NCBI GenBank assembly: GCA_002269645.1
Contig: NIVC01001547.1
Location: 124,001 to 188,000, forward strand
Length of the DNA: 64,000 bases
Direction of reading: 5' to 3'
Source of the DNA: Macrostomum lignano
Lineage: Eukaryota
A program made the position numbers and the translations under genes. The notes below the pieces were generated by a model, which made no database searches, was not told where the DNA came from, and saw only the letters and a program-made list of their open reading frames with translations. Positions 28,501 to 42,000 of this stretch are shown here, one piece after another; within the stretch, counting starts at the first letter, position 1, and every line of letters starts with the position of its first letter.

Positions 28501-31189
28501 TTAGGGCGATTCTTATGGTAGGTTGAGGGTGATTGTTAAAAGGAGATTTAGAACGATTCTTAGGGGAGACTTAGAACGATTCTTAGGGGAGACTTAGAAC
28601 GATTCTTAGGGGGGATTTAGAACGATTCTTAGGAGAGATTTAAAGCGATTTTTAGGAAGGGTTTAGGGGAATGCTTAGGGAATGTCTAGGACTATTTTTA
28701 GGGTAGGTTTAGAGCGATTTTAGGGAAGTTTAAGAACGAATTTTTGGAAAAGATTTAGAACCAGTTTTAGGGAAGGTTTACGGTGACGCTTAGGTGTGCG
28801 ATTCTTAGCGGAGGTTTAGAGTGAATTTTAGCTTTGGATTGGTAGCAGGAGGATTCTATACCTCTATACAATCTACTCAAAGAGCCGTAGAAGAGCAGCC
28901 AATCCACACCTTATCAGGCTCAATGCGATCCGGCCGGCCCTCCCGATTCGGCCGGAGGCAACGCACGAAGTGGGGCTCCGCAGACAGCAGCCGATTCAAC
29001 AAGTCGTGCAGCGAAGCTCGAAAATAAGCGGCCAGAGTTTGGCCAGTGATTCGCGACCCGGCAACACTGCTGCCGCCGCTGCTCAGTTTGTGCAGCCCGG
29101 AACTGCTCAACGGAGTCACCAGAGTCGAGCCTGAGCTGCCTGGTCTTCCCAGGGACACCGCAGCCGATGAGTTGCCGCCACCGCTGACGCCGCCAGGTCC
29201 GACATTTTGAGCAAACAAAGACCTCAACAAAGCCAGATTGGAGCCGCGCAATAGGGCGGCAATTTCAACTGGCAATCGGTCTTTGTTCTTGCTTAGGAAG
29301 CTTTGAGTAGAATAGGTCACGTGACCGGCATAGTGGCGCACGGTGAAGGCCAAGTCTGTAGCGCTCTTAGGCTGCTGATACAGCCTGGGGTATTTCTCGG
29401 CCGCGTGCTTGTGCAGTTTCTCAGTCAGGCTGAGGTCCGAGGCCTTTGGGAAGCTGCATTCTTCATCTAACAGAGCCAGTAGGCCGTAGGGCCGGCCGAG
29501 CAGTAGGTCCAGGACTGGCTTGTTGTCGTACACCTGCGAATTGTGGGTGAGATGGGTTTTTTATTGATAGGGTGAGAGATCTGTCTCTAAAAGTGCTGCG
29601 TGTAGGGATGAGATCTTGTAATTTAGTAAGAGATTAGATTCTAGAGAGAGTAGAAATTCACATATAAGGTGAGATTAGATATCTAGGGTAAGATCAGAGA
29701 TCTAGAGTGAGATGAAAGATCTATGGTGAGATTGAGGATCAGGGTGAGGTTGGAGATCTATATGGTGAGATAAGAGATCTATGGTAAGAGTGGGGATCTA
29801 GGGTGAGATGAAAGATCTATGGTGAGATTGAGGATCAGGGTGAGGTTGGAGATCTATATGGTGAGATAAGAGATCTATGGTAAGAGTGGGGATCTAGGGT
29901 GAGATTAGAGATCTATAGTGAGAGTGGGGATCTAGGGTGAGATTAGAGAGATCTATGGTGAGAGTGGGGATCTAGGGTGAGATTAGAGATTTAGGGTGAG
30001 ATTGGGGATCTAGGGTGAGATTAGAGATCGACATGGTGAGATTTGGGATCTAGGGTGAGATTAAAGATCTATGGTGAAATTGGGGATCTAAGGTGAGACA
30101 TTAGAGATCTAGGGAGAGATTGGGGATCTAGGGTGAGATTAGATTTAGGGTGATATTTATGATCTAGAGTGAGATTAGAGATCTATATGATAGGATAAGA
30201 AATCTATGGTGAGAGTGGAAATCTGGGATGCGATTAGAAATCGGGGATGAGATAAGAAATCTACGAGTAGGGTGAGAATAGAGATCTAGGTTGCAATTAG
30301 AGATCTAGGCTGAGGTTACATATCAATAAATTTTCTCATAAAGTTTCACATTACAAGTACATCATCAAAGCATGGACTCGCTCACCTGTACATTAACATT
30401 GATCCCCTCCTGCTCCAGTTCATGCCGTTCCCAGTTAAACACGTGTTGTATAAAAAAATAATGCAACTGCTCATTAGCGGTATTAATGCACAGCTGTTCA
30501 AAACTGTTGAAACTCAAATTCTCGAAGCCGAATATGTCCAGGATGCCGATGGAGGACACGGCGGAGGCTGTCGAGCCAGACGCTGAAGCAGCGGGAGCCA
30601 GCAAGTCGTTGGTTCGCCGTACAATCCAGGAGAATAGCTTGTCATAAACAGCCTTAGCCATGGCATCCCTGCTGGCCCTCGCATCTGCCGGGCTGTGAAA
30701 CTTTTGAATCGACTCGCCTCTGGCCACCAGCGACGTCTTCGTGAGGGCGTCGGCGAGGTCAGCTGAGGACACGCCAAGGAGATCCGCTGCTGCGCTGGCC
30801 GCCTCCGGGTTGGCCACCTTGGACGAGTCCGTGGCGATGTCGGCGTTGGAGCGCTGGACATGATCGTTGAAACGGAGATTTCCTAGAAACAGAATGCCGG
30901 ACAGAAGGCGGAACACGGAGGACACTTCGGTTTCGGCGAAGCCCAGGTCTAGGAAGCCGCGACGCACGGCTGAGAGGTGAGCTCTGCAGTGGGGAGATGG
31001 GTTTTCAGTGGAGTTGACTGTAGCGGTCTGTCTGTCTGTCTGTCTGTGTTTGTTTGGCTCTGTCTGCCTGCGTGCCTGTCTGTCTGTTTGTATGTCTGTC
31101 TGTCGGTCTGTTCTGTCTGACTGTCTATCTCTTGTTCTGTCTGTCTGTCTATCTCTTAGTCTGTCTGTCTGTCTGTCTACCTGTCTACC

Positions 31190-31232
<43 letters not shown>

Positions 31233-31302
31233 TTGTCTGCCTGTCTGTCTGTCTACCTGTCTGTCTGTCTGTCGGTCGGTCTGTCTGTCTGTCTGTCGGT
31301 CG

Positions 31303-31380
<78 letters not shown>

Positions 31381-31441
31381 ATGTCTGTCTGTCTGTCTGT
31401 CTGTCTGTCGGTCGGTCGGTCTGTCTGTATGTGTGTCTGTG

Positions 31442-31474
<33 letters not shown>

Positions 31475-34400
31475 GCCTGTCTGTCTGTCTGTCTGACTGT
31501 CTGTGTGTCTATGTGTCTTTGTGTGTGTCTTTGTGTGTGTCTGTCTGTCTGTCTATCTGTCTGTCTGTCTGTCTGTCTGTCTGTCCATCTGCCTGCCTCA
31601 GTGTCTGATTGTCAGTCACACAGACCCAGAGCACACCCCAGCTCACCTGTGCACGGCAGCTCTGCCCGAGTCCGGAGCAAAGGTGGCGTGCAGGTATCTG
31701 AAATCGGTCTGCCTGGCCAACAGGGTTGCGTGCTCGTGCGAGTCGCCGTGAGCCAAGTGATAGAAAATGTGGAAATTCCTCTCCCCCTTGCTCTGATAGA
31801 CCACCCGGGCCTTCTCCAGCAGGAAGTGGGCCAGCCTGGCGCCACGAATGCATCCGGTAGGCGAGACAAGCAGCTCCAGGTATTTTCCGAATCGACTGCT
31901 GTTCTCATTCAGCACAGTGGAAGCGTTGCCGAATGCTTCTAATAGCGGGTTTACCTGCGAGTTGTTTGTATTTTTTCAAATGTAGAACGCTATGTGGATG
32001 CGCAAATTACTCTACTTATATCAGTAGCGTGATGCATGAAGTGGACGATTTTTACAGCTGCCATAGGATAGGTTGTATTGGTGGGTAGGTAGGTAGACTT
32101 CCTACCTAGGTAGGTAGGAAGGTCAATAAGTAGGTAGGTAGGTAGACTTTTAGGTAGGCAAGGTAGGTATATATGTAGGTAGGTAGACTTTTAGGTAGGC
32201 AGGTAGGTAGATATGTAGGTAGGTAGACTGGTAGGAAGGTAGATAAGTAGGTAGGTAGACTTTTAGGTAGGCAGGTAGGTAGATATGTAGGTAGGTAGAC
32301 TTTTAGGTAGGCAGGTAAGTAGATATGTAGGTAGGTAGACTGGTAGGAAGGTAGATAAGTAGGTAGGTAGACTTTTAGGTAGGCAGGTAGCTAGGTAGAT
32401 AGGTTGATAGGTAGCTATAGTAGATAGGTAGGTAGACTAGTAGTTATGTAGGTAGGTAGATAGACTGGTAGGTAGGTAGGCAGGTAGGCAGGTAGTTAGG
32501 TAGGTAGGTAGGTGGAAAGGTAGTTAGGCAGGTAGGGAGGGACGGAGGAGGCACTAGGCAGGCACAGATGTCTATGGCTATTCTACCCTATATCTGCCAA
32601 CCTATCTGCAGGATTGGTTAGACAGGCAGAAAGGCAATATGTAGGCAATAAGTAGGTAATTATTCGGCAAAAAATCGATAATAAAGCCAGACCCCCTCAC
32701 CTGCAACAGCCGCTCCATCAGAGCCGGCTGCTCTGTGCTGCTCAATCTGACCACCTGCCTGAGCAGCAGATCAGCTGTACAGGTCTTCCCCGCGCCAGAC
32801 TCGCCCGAGATCACCACGCATTGGCCGCGAGCTCCGGCGCACTGTCGCAGCCGTTGAAGGCATTCGTCAGCTACGGCGAACACGTGCGGCGGATTGTCAG
32901 CCTTGGCAGCGTCGCGATAGCGCTCGGCAACCGCGTCGGAGTAGATTGGCAGCTGCTTGAACGGATTGATGGCTAGCAGAATGTCGCCAAGGTAGGTGTA
33001 CACCATGTCGGATGAGTAGCGCTCGGACAACTGCTGCAGGATGCCGTCCTCTGTCAGGTGCGACAGTTGGGCCAGGTCGTCCCAGCGGGTCTGCGCCAGC
33101 AGGCGGCGACTCTTGCGGCCTCCGCCACCTGCGCCTAGAGCGGGTAGGTGGTTATGTAGATGAGTAGGTAGGTGGGTAGATGAGTAGGTGGGTAGGTAGA
33201 TGAGTAGGTGGTTAGGTAGATAAGTAGGTGGTTAGGTAGATAGGTAGGTAGATTAAGTAGGTGGGTAGGCAGATGGATAGGAAGGTAGGATGGGTCGGTG
33301 GGTAGGTAGATGGGTAGGAAAACAAGATGTGTAGGTGGGTAGGTAGATAGATTAGGTAGGTAAGTAGGTAGGTAAGGTGGGTAGGTAGATAAGCGGATAG
33401 ATAGATCAAGTAGGTAGATAGATTAGGTGGGTAGGTAGTTGGGTAGATGGGTGAGTAAGGCTAGATAATATACTCGTATGTGGGTAGTTAGATAGGCACT
33501 GTAGGTAAATGTTTAGTGAGTGATTAGATATATTAGATAGGTTATTACTTAGATCTAGCTATTTAGACACATGAGTAGAAAGTAGAAGGTTGCAGGGTCG
33601 TTTATAAAAGATAAAAATGATGTATCGTAAGATGACGAGCGATTTATATATGTCGCTAAACACATAGCTACTCCCGCCGTTTACCCAGGCGCAATACACT
33701 ACACCACTAACCTTTGCCGGCGCCCACAGGCCCAGCCGCAGCCGACGCCGCCACAACTCCAGCCGGGGACTGGCCGCTGCCGCCAGCCTCCCAGGCGGTC
33801 TTGTCGACGATCAGTTTGCGAATCATCGCCACAGGGTCCTGGCCGGTGGTGGACGCGCCACCTTGGCTAGCCAGGAACAGGTGAGACCGGAGCTCAGAAG
33901 CGGCCGGCCTGATCTCGTAGTCTTTCACCAGGCATTTGGCGATAAAATCGCGCAGCAGTGCCGTGTATCGTTCTGGACGACGCAATGTCGGTGGCGGGTC
34001 ACTTGGGATTCGAAACAGGGCCTTGATAGGCGGCAGTTCGGCTAATGGAGGCTGGCCCTCGCAGAGTTCGATCACAGAGATGCCAAGACTCCACACGTCG
34101 CAGCGATTGTCGTAGCTGGTGTGAGAAATTTTATTTTAGATTTATGATTAATAATAAACATTACAGATTGTTGACTAATAAGTAGCGAAAATTGAAAGTT
34201 AGCTACAGCTAACTATTTGTAGAAATTGTAGAAAGCTACAATTTGGGAATCCAAGTTTACTATGATTTATCAACAAAATTGACGCTAGGATAGCGCTCAA
34301 GTCTTTGTTTTGTCTCCAAAAGTCTCCATTGTAGCGCTAAAATCTCCATTGTGGCGCTAAAATCTCCATTGTGACACTAAAATCTCCATTGTGGCGCCAA

Positions 34401-35383
34401 AAATCTCCATTGTGGCGCCAAAAATCTCCATTGTGGCGCTAAAATCTCCTTTGTAAAGCTAAAATCTCCATTGTGGCACTAAAATCTCCATTGTGACACT
34501 AAATCTCCATTGTGGCACTAAAATCTCCATTGTGACACTAAAATCTCCATTGTGGCACTACAATCTCCATTGTGGCACTAAAATCTCCATTGTGGCACTA
34601 AAATCTCCATTGTGACGCTAAAATCTCCCTTGTGACGCTAAAATCTCTTATTGTGGCTGTTTTGTATTATTGACCTTGGGTCAAACTTAATAAAAAAGCC
34701 TCGCAACTAAAACAAAAACAATACAAAGCAGCCTTCAAAACGCACCGATAGTCTGGCTGATTCTCGCACGCAATGACCTCTGGCGACATCCAGAACGGAC
34801 TGCCAATCGCTGTGTTCCGTTTCTCCCCGACCTCTTTCAGATGAGCGCTAACCCCGAAGTCGCTAAGCAGTACCCGGCCATCTTTAGTTAGCAACACATT
34901 GGCGCATTTCACGTCGCGATGAATGATGCGATTGGAGTGAAGAAAAGCCAAGCCAGAGAGTGCACTGCCGGCAATGTGGGCAACTACAGGCTCGGGTACT
35001 GCAAGTGAGTTTGCCGAATGATACTTGCTAAGAGAGGCAACACTGCCGCCCTCACACAGCTCCATAGCCAGCCACATAGTCTGATGAGCGCTGCTTCGAT
35101 CAAGGTACAAACCATAGAATCTTGGCAGATTTGGATGATCAACAAACTGAGTGAGGACTCGAACTTCGGCCCGCAGTTCTTCTACAATATCCTGGCCGTC
35201 GTTCATGATTTTCACGGCGCAGATGCGACCGCTGGTTTTCATTCTGGCCCGTCTGACAACGCCATAGGTGCCACGGCCAATGTATTCGGCAATTTCAAAT
35301 ACAGAGAGGGGGTCGGCTTTTTGAATTGTGAGACCTGGCAGAGATAATTGCTGCTGTTGTTGTTGTTGGTTCTGTCTATCCAT
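20394..35383 (-). CDS. MYO3: Class III myosin (NINAC/MYO3-like): STE20-type kinase, myosin motor, IQ motifs and low-complexity tail
   Basis: Phase-consistent GT-AG exons: 35383-34746, 34115-33712, 33134(or 33128)-32701, 31954-31647, 30983-30386, 29533-28910, 28019-27633, 24531-23936, 22918(or 22909)-22853, 21602-21531, 20790-20394. Kinase motifs GRGTYG, AVK, HRDVK, DFG, WMSPE. Motor motifs [41 protein letters not shown]. Two to three IQ-like motifs. The 3' end beyond 20394 is uncertain. Confidence 0.93.
21020..21400. repeat. 39-bp minisatellite (gtggtggggcagattagaaaatcgataatctctaatggg)n in a myosin intron
   Basis: About 9 tandem units. Confidence 0.93.
22068..22610. repeat. (TATC)n grading into (TGTC)n microsatellite
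   Basis: Direct reading. Confidence 0.95.
23135..23800. repeat. 30-bp minisatellite (gctgggatgccaagactcacagggggaatc)n in myosin intron 8
   Basis: About 22 units. Source of ORFs 22997-23871. Confidence 0.95.
24690..26350. repeat. 34-35-bp minisatellite (aaaatcagactgagaatctcacccttagaaaacc)n in myosin intron 7
   Basis: About 47 units, with higher-order variant blocks (agagattc..ctgaaactc) recurring. Confidence 0.96.
27045..27602. repeat. 25-bp minisatellite (ctgacccattagaactggacccacc)n in myosin intron 7
   Basis: About 22 units ending ~30 nt from the splice donor. Confidence 0.95.
28030..28800. repeat. 41-bp TTAGGG-containing minisatellite plus a degenerate ~21-bp extension in myosin intron 6
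   Basis: Unit ttagggcgattcttatggtaggttgagggtgattcttagggt, about 12 copies to ~28540, then a ttagaacgattcttaggg-type tail. Confidence 0.93.
29625..30310. repeat. Degenerate (gatctagggtgagatta)-type minisatellite in myosin intron 5
   Basis: Repeated gagatct / ggtgagatt motifs. Confidence 0.88.
31025..31590. repeat. (TCTG)n microsatellite in myosin intron 4
   Basis: Direct reading. Confidence 0.96.
32080..32540. repeat. (GTAG)n-based compound repeat in myosin intron 3
   Basis: ggtaggtagacttttaggtaggcaggtag units. Confidence 0.9.
33140..33450. repeat. (GTAG/GTGG)n-based repeat in myosin intron 2
   Basis: Direct reading. Confidence 0.88.
34320..34645. repeat. 21-bp minisatellite (aaaatctccattgtggcacta)n in myosin intron 1
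   Basis: About 15 units. Confidence 0.93.
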
Positions 35384-36548
35384 GTTCTGCTTTTTGTTGC
35401 TTTAGGAATAGTTGAATATATTTATTACAGAATGTAGACCATTTTGACAGTCTGAAAGTGAAAGTAACAAACTTTTAAAATGGAATAAATTAATTTCAGA
35501 CAATAATGAAAACTTGATATTGTAATAGGGAATTATTTTAGGAACAGGAATTAGTCACGGGACAAATACTCTTTTACCCTACTATCAGTAGTTTTAACCC
35601 GGGGAAGTAATTTGGGCAGGGTAAATTGCTAATTTGGGGGTTTCTTTAGAAGTAAAGAGCAGTTGGGCTCTCGGGAAAGCATCTGGGACATTTCTAACTT
35701 GGAACAATTCTAAGAATTTGGTAAGATGGGAAATAGGAAAAAAGGAATAGAATCAGAATGCACAGAGGAGTCTTGCCTTGAAAACCACTATTGGGAGTCT
35801 TGCCCACAGCATGTAAGGTAAATAAGGAACTAATATAAGATCAACTTTTGTACAAGTAACAATTTCTTTTATTTTCTAGTAACTTGCGCTAACTAAAAAC
35901 TTCATTGGTGTCCTGACTCACTTCTTTAAATCCAAGTGCTAGAATTAGGGAAAGCAGGAACCTGGTGGCAGCAAATCTATCAAAGCTCAAACCAGTTTAT
36001 CCACTAGAAAATCCTTAGCACAGAAACCAATAGCCCAAACTGTGGTTACATGCCCATACCAAAATGGTAATGAAACAAGTGCCATTTAAAACAAACTATG
36101 ACTAAAATTTAAAATAAAATATCGAAATATTCTGTATTTCTTTTTTTCTTATAACATTCCATATTCATAACCAAAGTTGTTGAGAACCATGTCAGTCTAT
36201 TGAGTCAAGCTGTTATATATTTTTTTTAATTTTTCTATTATAACTTAAACTGAGTAAAAGCAGGATACTTTTGAGTTATTCCAAACTCTATTTTACACAA
36301 CAATGTGCCTGTTTAAATAACCTGTGGTTACATTTAATTTTAATCTCAAGTCCCTGGGAATGTGCAGTTTCTTTCCTAGATTACATATGTCTACTAATGT
36401 AGAAAAACCATTTAAACATCACTATTAAACTATATACTCCAAACAGACTTGAAGTCCTATATTAGTTACTTCTTAAAATAACTTAACCAACTTAACTTGA
36501 TCAATAAAATATTTTAAGAAAAGGTATATCATTATACATGGCTTTTAG

Positions 36549-36712
36549 CAGGGGCGTAGCCAAGAACTTCCTATGGGGGAGGGATACACCAAGGTAAAAG
36601 TGCTATGACAGAGTCACGTGGTAGCATGTATAGCAACAAAGGGCAACAAAAAAGTTTTGGTCAGGCTCTTTGGGGGAATATATCTCCCCTATCCCCCCTC
36701 CTTATGCCCCTG
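36549..36712. mobile_element. hAT-type MITE, 164 bp
   Basis: Exact 8-bp TSD GCTTTTAG (36541-36548, 36713-36720) and TIRs CAGGGGCGTA / CAGGGGCATA. Confidence 0.85.
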
Positions 36713-39074
36713 GCTTTTAGACATTTTTTCTGGTATCTATTTGAACTTAAAGGTTCAAAAGATACATAGTTTCAGAAAACATAAGTTATTAGTATTTTTT
36801 TCAAATTCAAGCAAAGACCTTTGGCAAAATTGGATATGACAAAGGATATGATATGACAATGAGGTTGCAAACAGTTATTATTATGATCTTAGCATAGGGT
36901 ATATAGCATTTGTTTTAGATAGCAAAGTAACTACAAAGTAATGATAAACCTAACCTAGCATCAAATCAAGCTGTCAAATCTCCAAAAGAAGGCCTGTACT
37001 TAACTGGTGAAGCAGTGATGAGATTCAACCTTTCAGTAGTACTTAAAGCCTCTGGAGGTATAGCCAAGAGATGGACTGATCACAACACTAGCAAATTAGG
37101 CAAGTGCACTAAAGTGTAAGCCAGTACTATATGGTGAATACCAATTGAGTAAGCCTGCTTCAAATGCAACTGTACCTGTTGCTTTGTTTTTGTCTATCCC
37201 TGCATTATCCCCTTCTCATGATGCTTTGCCTATGGTACCAATCCCAGCTCCATTGCTATGTACTACTCAGGTGGGTCTCTAGAACCTATAGGCTTAGGTA
37301 GGCAAGTTAAGGAATGTAGGCCACCTAAAAGGCTTTTTATTTGTGATCCTAGGGCCAAAACTTATATTAGTTGCACCACCTATGTATATATAAAATTAAC
37401 TTATTTTAGTGCAAAAATGCACAAATGCTCCTCTAAATGTATTGAGTGCTCTAGCTCTCAAATTGAAAATTGAAAAAGTTGAAAGCAGTGGTGGCTAGGT
37501 CCCTATCACACAGGTATATCCTAGGCTGCAGCTAGGCCAACTACCACAATAACTTTTGCTTTGCCAATCCTTGGTCACAATTTGCCCCTCCCATTGGAGC
37601 AATAGCCGCATGCATCATAGCCCCACCAGCCTCTGCCATTGCCAAGTTTAGAGATTGGCAGCCACTACTCCCATTGAGGTTGTAGATCTCACCCTTGACT
37701 CCCCTGAAGGTGCAATGACTACTTTATCAATGATAGCATATAGGCCAGTAGCGAGATCATCAAGAGCCTAACTTTGGCTTGTTAGCTATATATGAAAAAT
37801 TCCTAGCCTAGCAAGCCCAAGTGAATCCAATGGCAGGTGGCGCCCCAAGGATAGGCTGCTTGAACCAGCATCTAGCTAAAACTGTTCAAGGACTTGCCAA
37901 GCTAGAAGTGCCCAATCTAAGCACTAGCATGATGCCTTTGGATAGACCTGGGCTTGAGAGACTTATTGCACCACCAACACTAACAGTGCTGCTATCTAGA
38001 GAGCCAACCAAAAGCCATTCTGCCACACTTAAAGAGTCTATAAGCATTGCCACTTATATATCTGATGGCTACCTCTGAGTCTATAGAAGTCTGCATTTTC
38101 TTTTTTCATTCTCTTATTATCAGCCTTTCTTATATGCTACTGAATTTTATCTATCAACTTTGCACCCGAGTCTGTCCAAATAATAATAGCCAAGGTAACA
38201 AGAAAGAAACTCAAACAGATCCCATCATCCTACACTAAGCTTGATAGGATCTGCTAACAAGGTTCACACCATTTGATTTGTCAAATCTGCATAGAGTCTT
38301 GAGTTCCTGCATCTTGTTTATTTTGCTCTACCAGGAGTATCCTTTATTGAATATCAAGCCCCAAACAAGCTAGTAGTAGCAACTACATATGCTACTAGAA
38401 GGCTTCCAAGATGAATCAGCTAGAAACTTAAGGTAGAGAATTTGAGGTTTTTGGTCATTTAGATAAGAAAAAATTGAACATTAGGAATAAAATTTATGCA
38501 ACATGGATTTGGGGGCACTGATTCCTATAAATTTAGAAGGGTATAATTGGCATTTGGTCTGTGAAAAATTTCATTAGACAGGATAGCCAATAATATATAC
38601 CTATTGGTTAAGGGCTACTAAAGGAAACATGTGAACAATGGCTAGTTTTAGCTGTTCTAAAGAGATAACCTATTGGATAGTAGCCAGTTTAAAATATTGT
38701 CAACAAAATAAATAAGCAACTCAGACAAGCCAATATGGATATCCTAAAATATCATATCTAGTCTAGCTTATAATACCAATTCTGACTCCATTTCAAACAT
38801 GCTTTAAATTTTATTTTTATAGTGGACAATTTAACTCATATAAGATAGGACATAGAATTGTTGCTTAAATAGAAAACTTGCTATTTAGATAAACCCTTAA
38901 CTGGGTTTTACCCACATAAGGACCCTTTTTGGGTTCTGCCTATATGTAGAACCATTTATAATTATGTCTATCTATATTTCAAGGACAAAAGTTGAAAGAT
39001 TATAAAAATACAAATTTAATTTTGTCATTATGAAAAGACAAAAATTAACAAATTAATAAATTAACAAATTTATT

Positions 39075-42000
39075 GTCACAGCAACCCTTGGAAACACTAG
39101 TCGAGCAGAAAGATACTAAGATCTCAAAGAGAAGGAGGCTGAAGTTCCTGAGATGACAATAGAAACAAGTGCTGTGAAACAAGTCGTGACTAGCAGCGTG
39201 AAAGATCAGAGTTGCCAGACCGACTTCACAGAAGAATACAAATTAGATTCTGAAGACAAATTCGCAGATGATGAATACAAAGATGCTAGTGATCAGTTTG
39301 AAGATGATGACATACTATGAAGATGCCCGAGAATATTTCGAGGAGGAAGAGACAGTGTGCAGAAAGCTTCTGACAGATTACCTCTTGGTTCCATTGAAGA
39401 AAGAGCAGCTGACTTCAGCGCAGCAGGCTGATCCTTCCATAAGAACCTTGATGGACTGGAAGCAGAAGAAAGTGCATGAACCAAAATTACCAAAGAATGC
39501 ATCCAGAGAATTGAAGAAGATAGCTAAGTTCTATGAGCAGATGAAAATTGAAGATGAAATGCTGACAGTCAGTGAAGACAATAAACGAAAAGTAGTATTG
39601 CCAGAGAAGATTGAGAAAAATGTATTCAAAGAACTGCACAACAGTCCGCTAGCAGGCCACCTAGGTCGGGACAAGACACTACAGCGAGTCCGAGACCAAT
39701 TCTGGAGGCCAGGGTTAGTGACTGCAGTTGAAAGGTAAATTGCAAAATGCATCTTATGTCTGGCAAGTAAGAGTGGAAATAAAGTATGAGCAACCGTACA
39801 GACCTTTCCAATATGTGAGCCATTCCATCGGCTGCACATAGATCTGATTGGTCCAATATCAAAGGAAAGCAGAAAAGGACACCAATATGTACTTACTGTT
39901 GTAGATAGTACAACGAAGTTCCCATTCACTTTTACAGTTTGAAATCAGAAATCTGCTACTGTTATCAAAATGATACAAGAGAGAATTTTCAGTATGGCCA
40001 GTGCCAATATATACACACTGATAATGGCAAGACCTTTGTAAGTCACCAATTTCAGGCATTCTGTACCCTATATGGCATTAAGCATACATGCACTACTACG
40101 CCTTACCATGCTCAGAGTAATGGGCTTGTTGAAAGATTTAACAAGCAAATTAAATCGATCATAACCTGCTTGATTGAAAAGGATCACTCAGATTGGGATC
40201 TGCTCATACCCGCTGCTTTGGTAGCTGTGCGAACCAGTATTAATCAGACTACTGGGTTCACACGACATTACTTACTATTTGGGAGAGAAGCAGATTTGCC
40301 AATAGACAGCATTGTGAAGAGACCAAGACTATACCAAGACTATCCTAGCTATGTGCTGGATCATGCGAAGAGAATCGAAGAGACAAAAGCAATTGTGCAA
40401 AGACAACGCGAAAAGGTGCAAGAGAAAAGGCAAGAGGACAAAGTTGAGAATTGTCAACCTAAAAACGTGCCAGTTGGCTGTCTCGCTCTCATCAACAACC
40501 CTCAACTACACCAAGAGGAGAGCCACAAGTTTCATCAAAAGAAGAGAGCAGCCTATTGAGTACTTGCAAAGATATCAGACATAGTGTTCCGTGTGCAAAG
40601 AGAAATCAATGGCAAAAGGAGCAAAGAAAAACTATTAGTGCATAGAAATAATCTGACTCCAGTGCCAAAATCCAAAATTAAGGTACCAGAAGAAATTAAT
40701 AATAATTTAGAACCAGCAATAGTGCAAACTAAGAACAAGGGACAACCGAAGCCAAAGAAAAGAATTTTCCATAGACAAAAAGAAGTTAGAATTCCAGAAG
40801 TTCCAATTTTAGAGAAGGAAAGCTCAGATGAAGAAGACAGAATTCAATGGAGAGTGTTTGCAGATCTGAATTTGCAGAGTGAAAATGAAGGAAATGAAGA
40901 ATTGAATAGTGAGAATACAGAGAGAGCAACTGACTCAGATAAGTCAGATGAGCCATTAGAAGAGGAAGGAGCATTAGAAATAGAGGAGGAATGAGCTTAG
41001 CCAGAGAATAGGTATAACCTTAGGATGACTCAGCGAAGGAGAGAAAGAGAAAGCGCAATAGGATTTGTGCCTTGAAGGTGCTATGCGAGATATTTAGCAC
41101 CTTAAACAGTGATACAAGCAATTTTCCATAAGAAACAGTGCTAAACAGTTAAAATTTCTGTATTGAAACTACTTATTTGCTTATAAAAATGACATGCTTT
41201 ACATAGAGCAAATCTGAAAAATGTATATTAATCTACGAAATGCAATCTTTAATTTGATACCTTACTCAAGAAAATCTGTCAAAAAAATAAAAAAGTTAAA
41301 AAAATAAATAGAAAATCAATAAAAATCTAGTTGTCAAATCTGGCAGGCCCCAACCCCCGCGCAAGCATGTGCTTCAAAGAGGTCCAGTTTTTCGGCCCGC
41401 CAGCCTATAAATATGAGACCCCTGCAGGCCCAAGAGAGCCCCATATTATTCCAGTTCTCAGAGCACTCCTCAGACTTATACAAGACCTATACAAGACTCT
41501 TATTATTAAGCATAGATGATTCGATTGACATCCTTCAAGAGCTGCTTGGCGAGCCAGAAGTTCAGCAGATCCAGGAGGCTCCGCAAGTCCAAGTTCAACA
41601 GGCTTCACAAGCCTGACCTCCGCAAGTCCAAGTCCAGCAAGTCCAGCAGGAGGAAGATGAAAACGAGGCTCCACTACGCTATGCCACGAGACCGAAGGCA
41701 CTCAGCAGAGGTGCCAACAAAAGCCCACTGTCGTCCTTGTCACCTTGCCAATAGCTCAAGGCTGAACCTGCGCATAAGAGGTCAGCACTGCTAGAAGCTC
41801 AGGCAGCAGCTCCTGTTTGGTTGTAAGTCGTGAAGCCAGGCGAAGGTTCTGCAGCTAAGATGCAGCAAATCACGACACCACCACCTGCTCCACCATCAGG
41901 ATTGCGAAAATTGTCTCAGTCGTGCCAGCCCCAGAAGCCAGTCACCAAGCACCTTGGCAAGACATCGCCAACATCGTCAGGAGGACCATCAACTTTGCAG

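Noticed and set aside
37040-38400. Decayed coding sequence, possibly gag with a zinc knuckle on the minus strand
   Set aside because: Too many stops, and only a partial Cys/Gly pattern; no family can be supported.
39075-41000. Ginger-type DNA transposon (Gypsy-like integrase with TGT.. TIRs)
   Set aside because: No inverted copy of TGTCACAGCAACC was found, and a PPT followed by TGT at 42835 favours an LTR retrotransposon.
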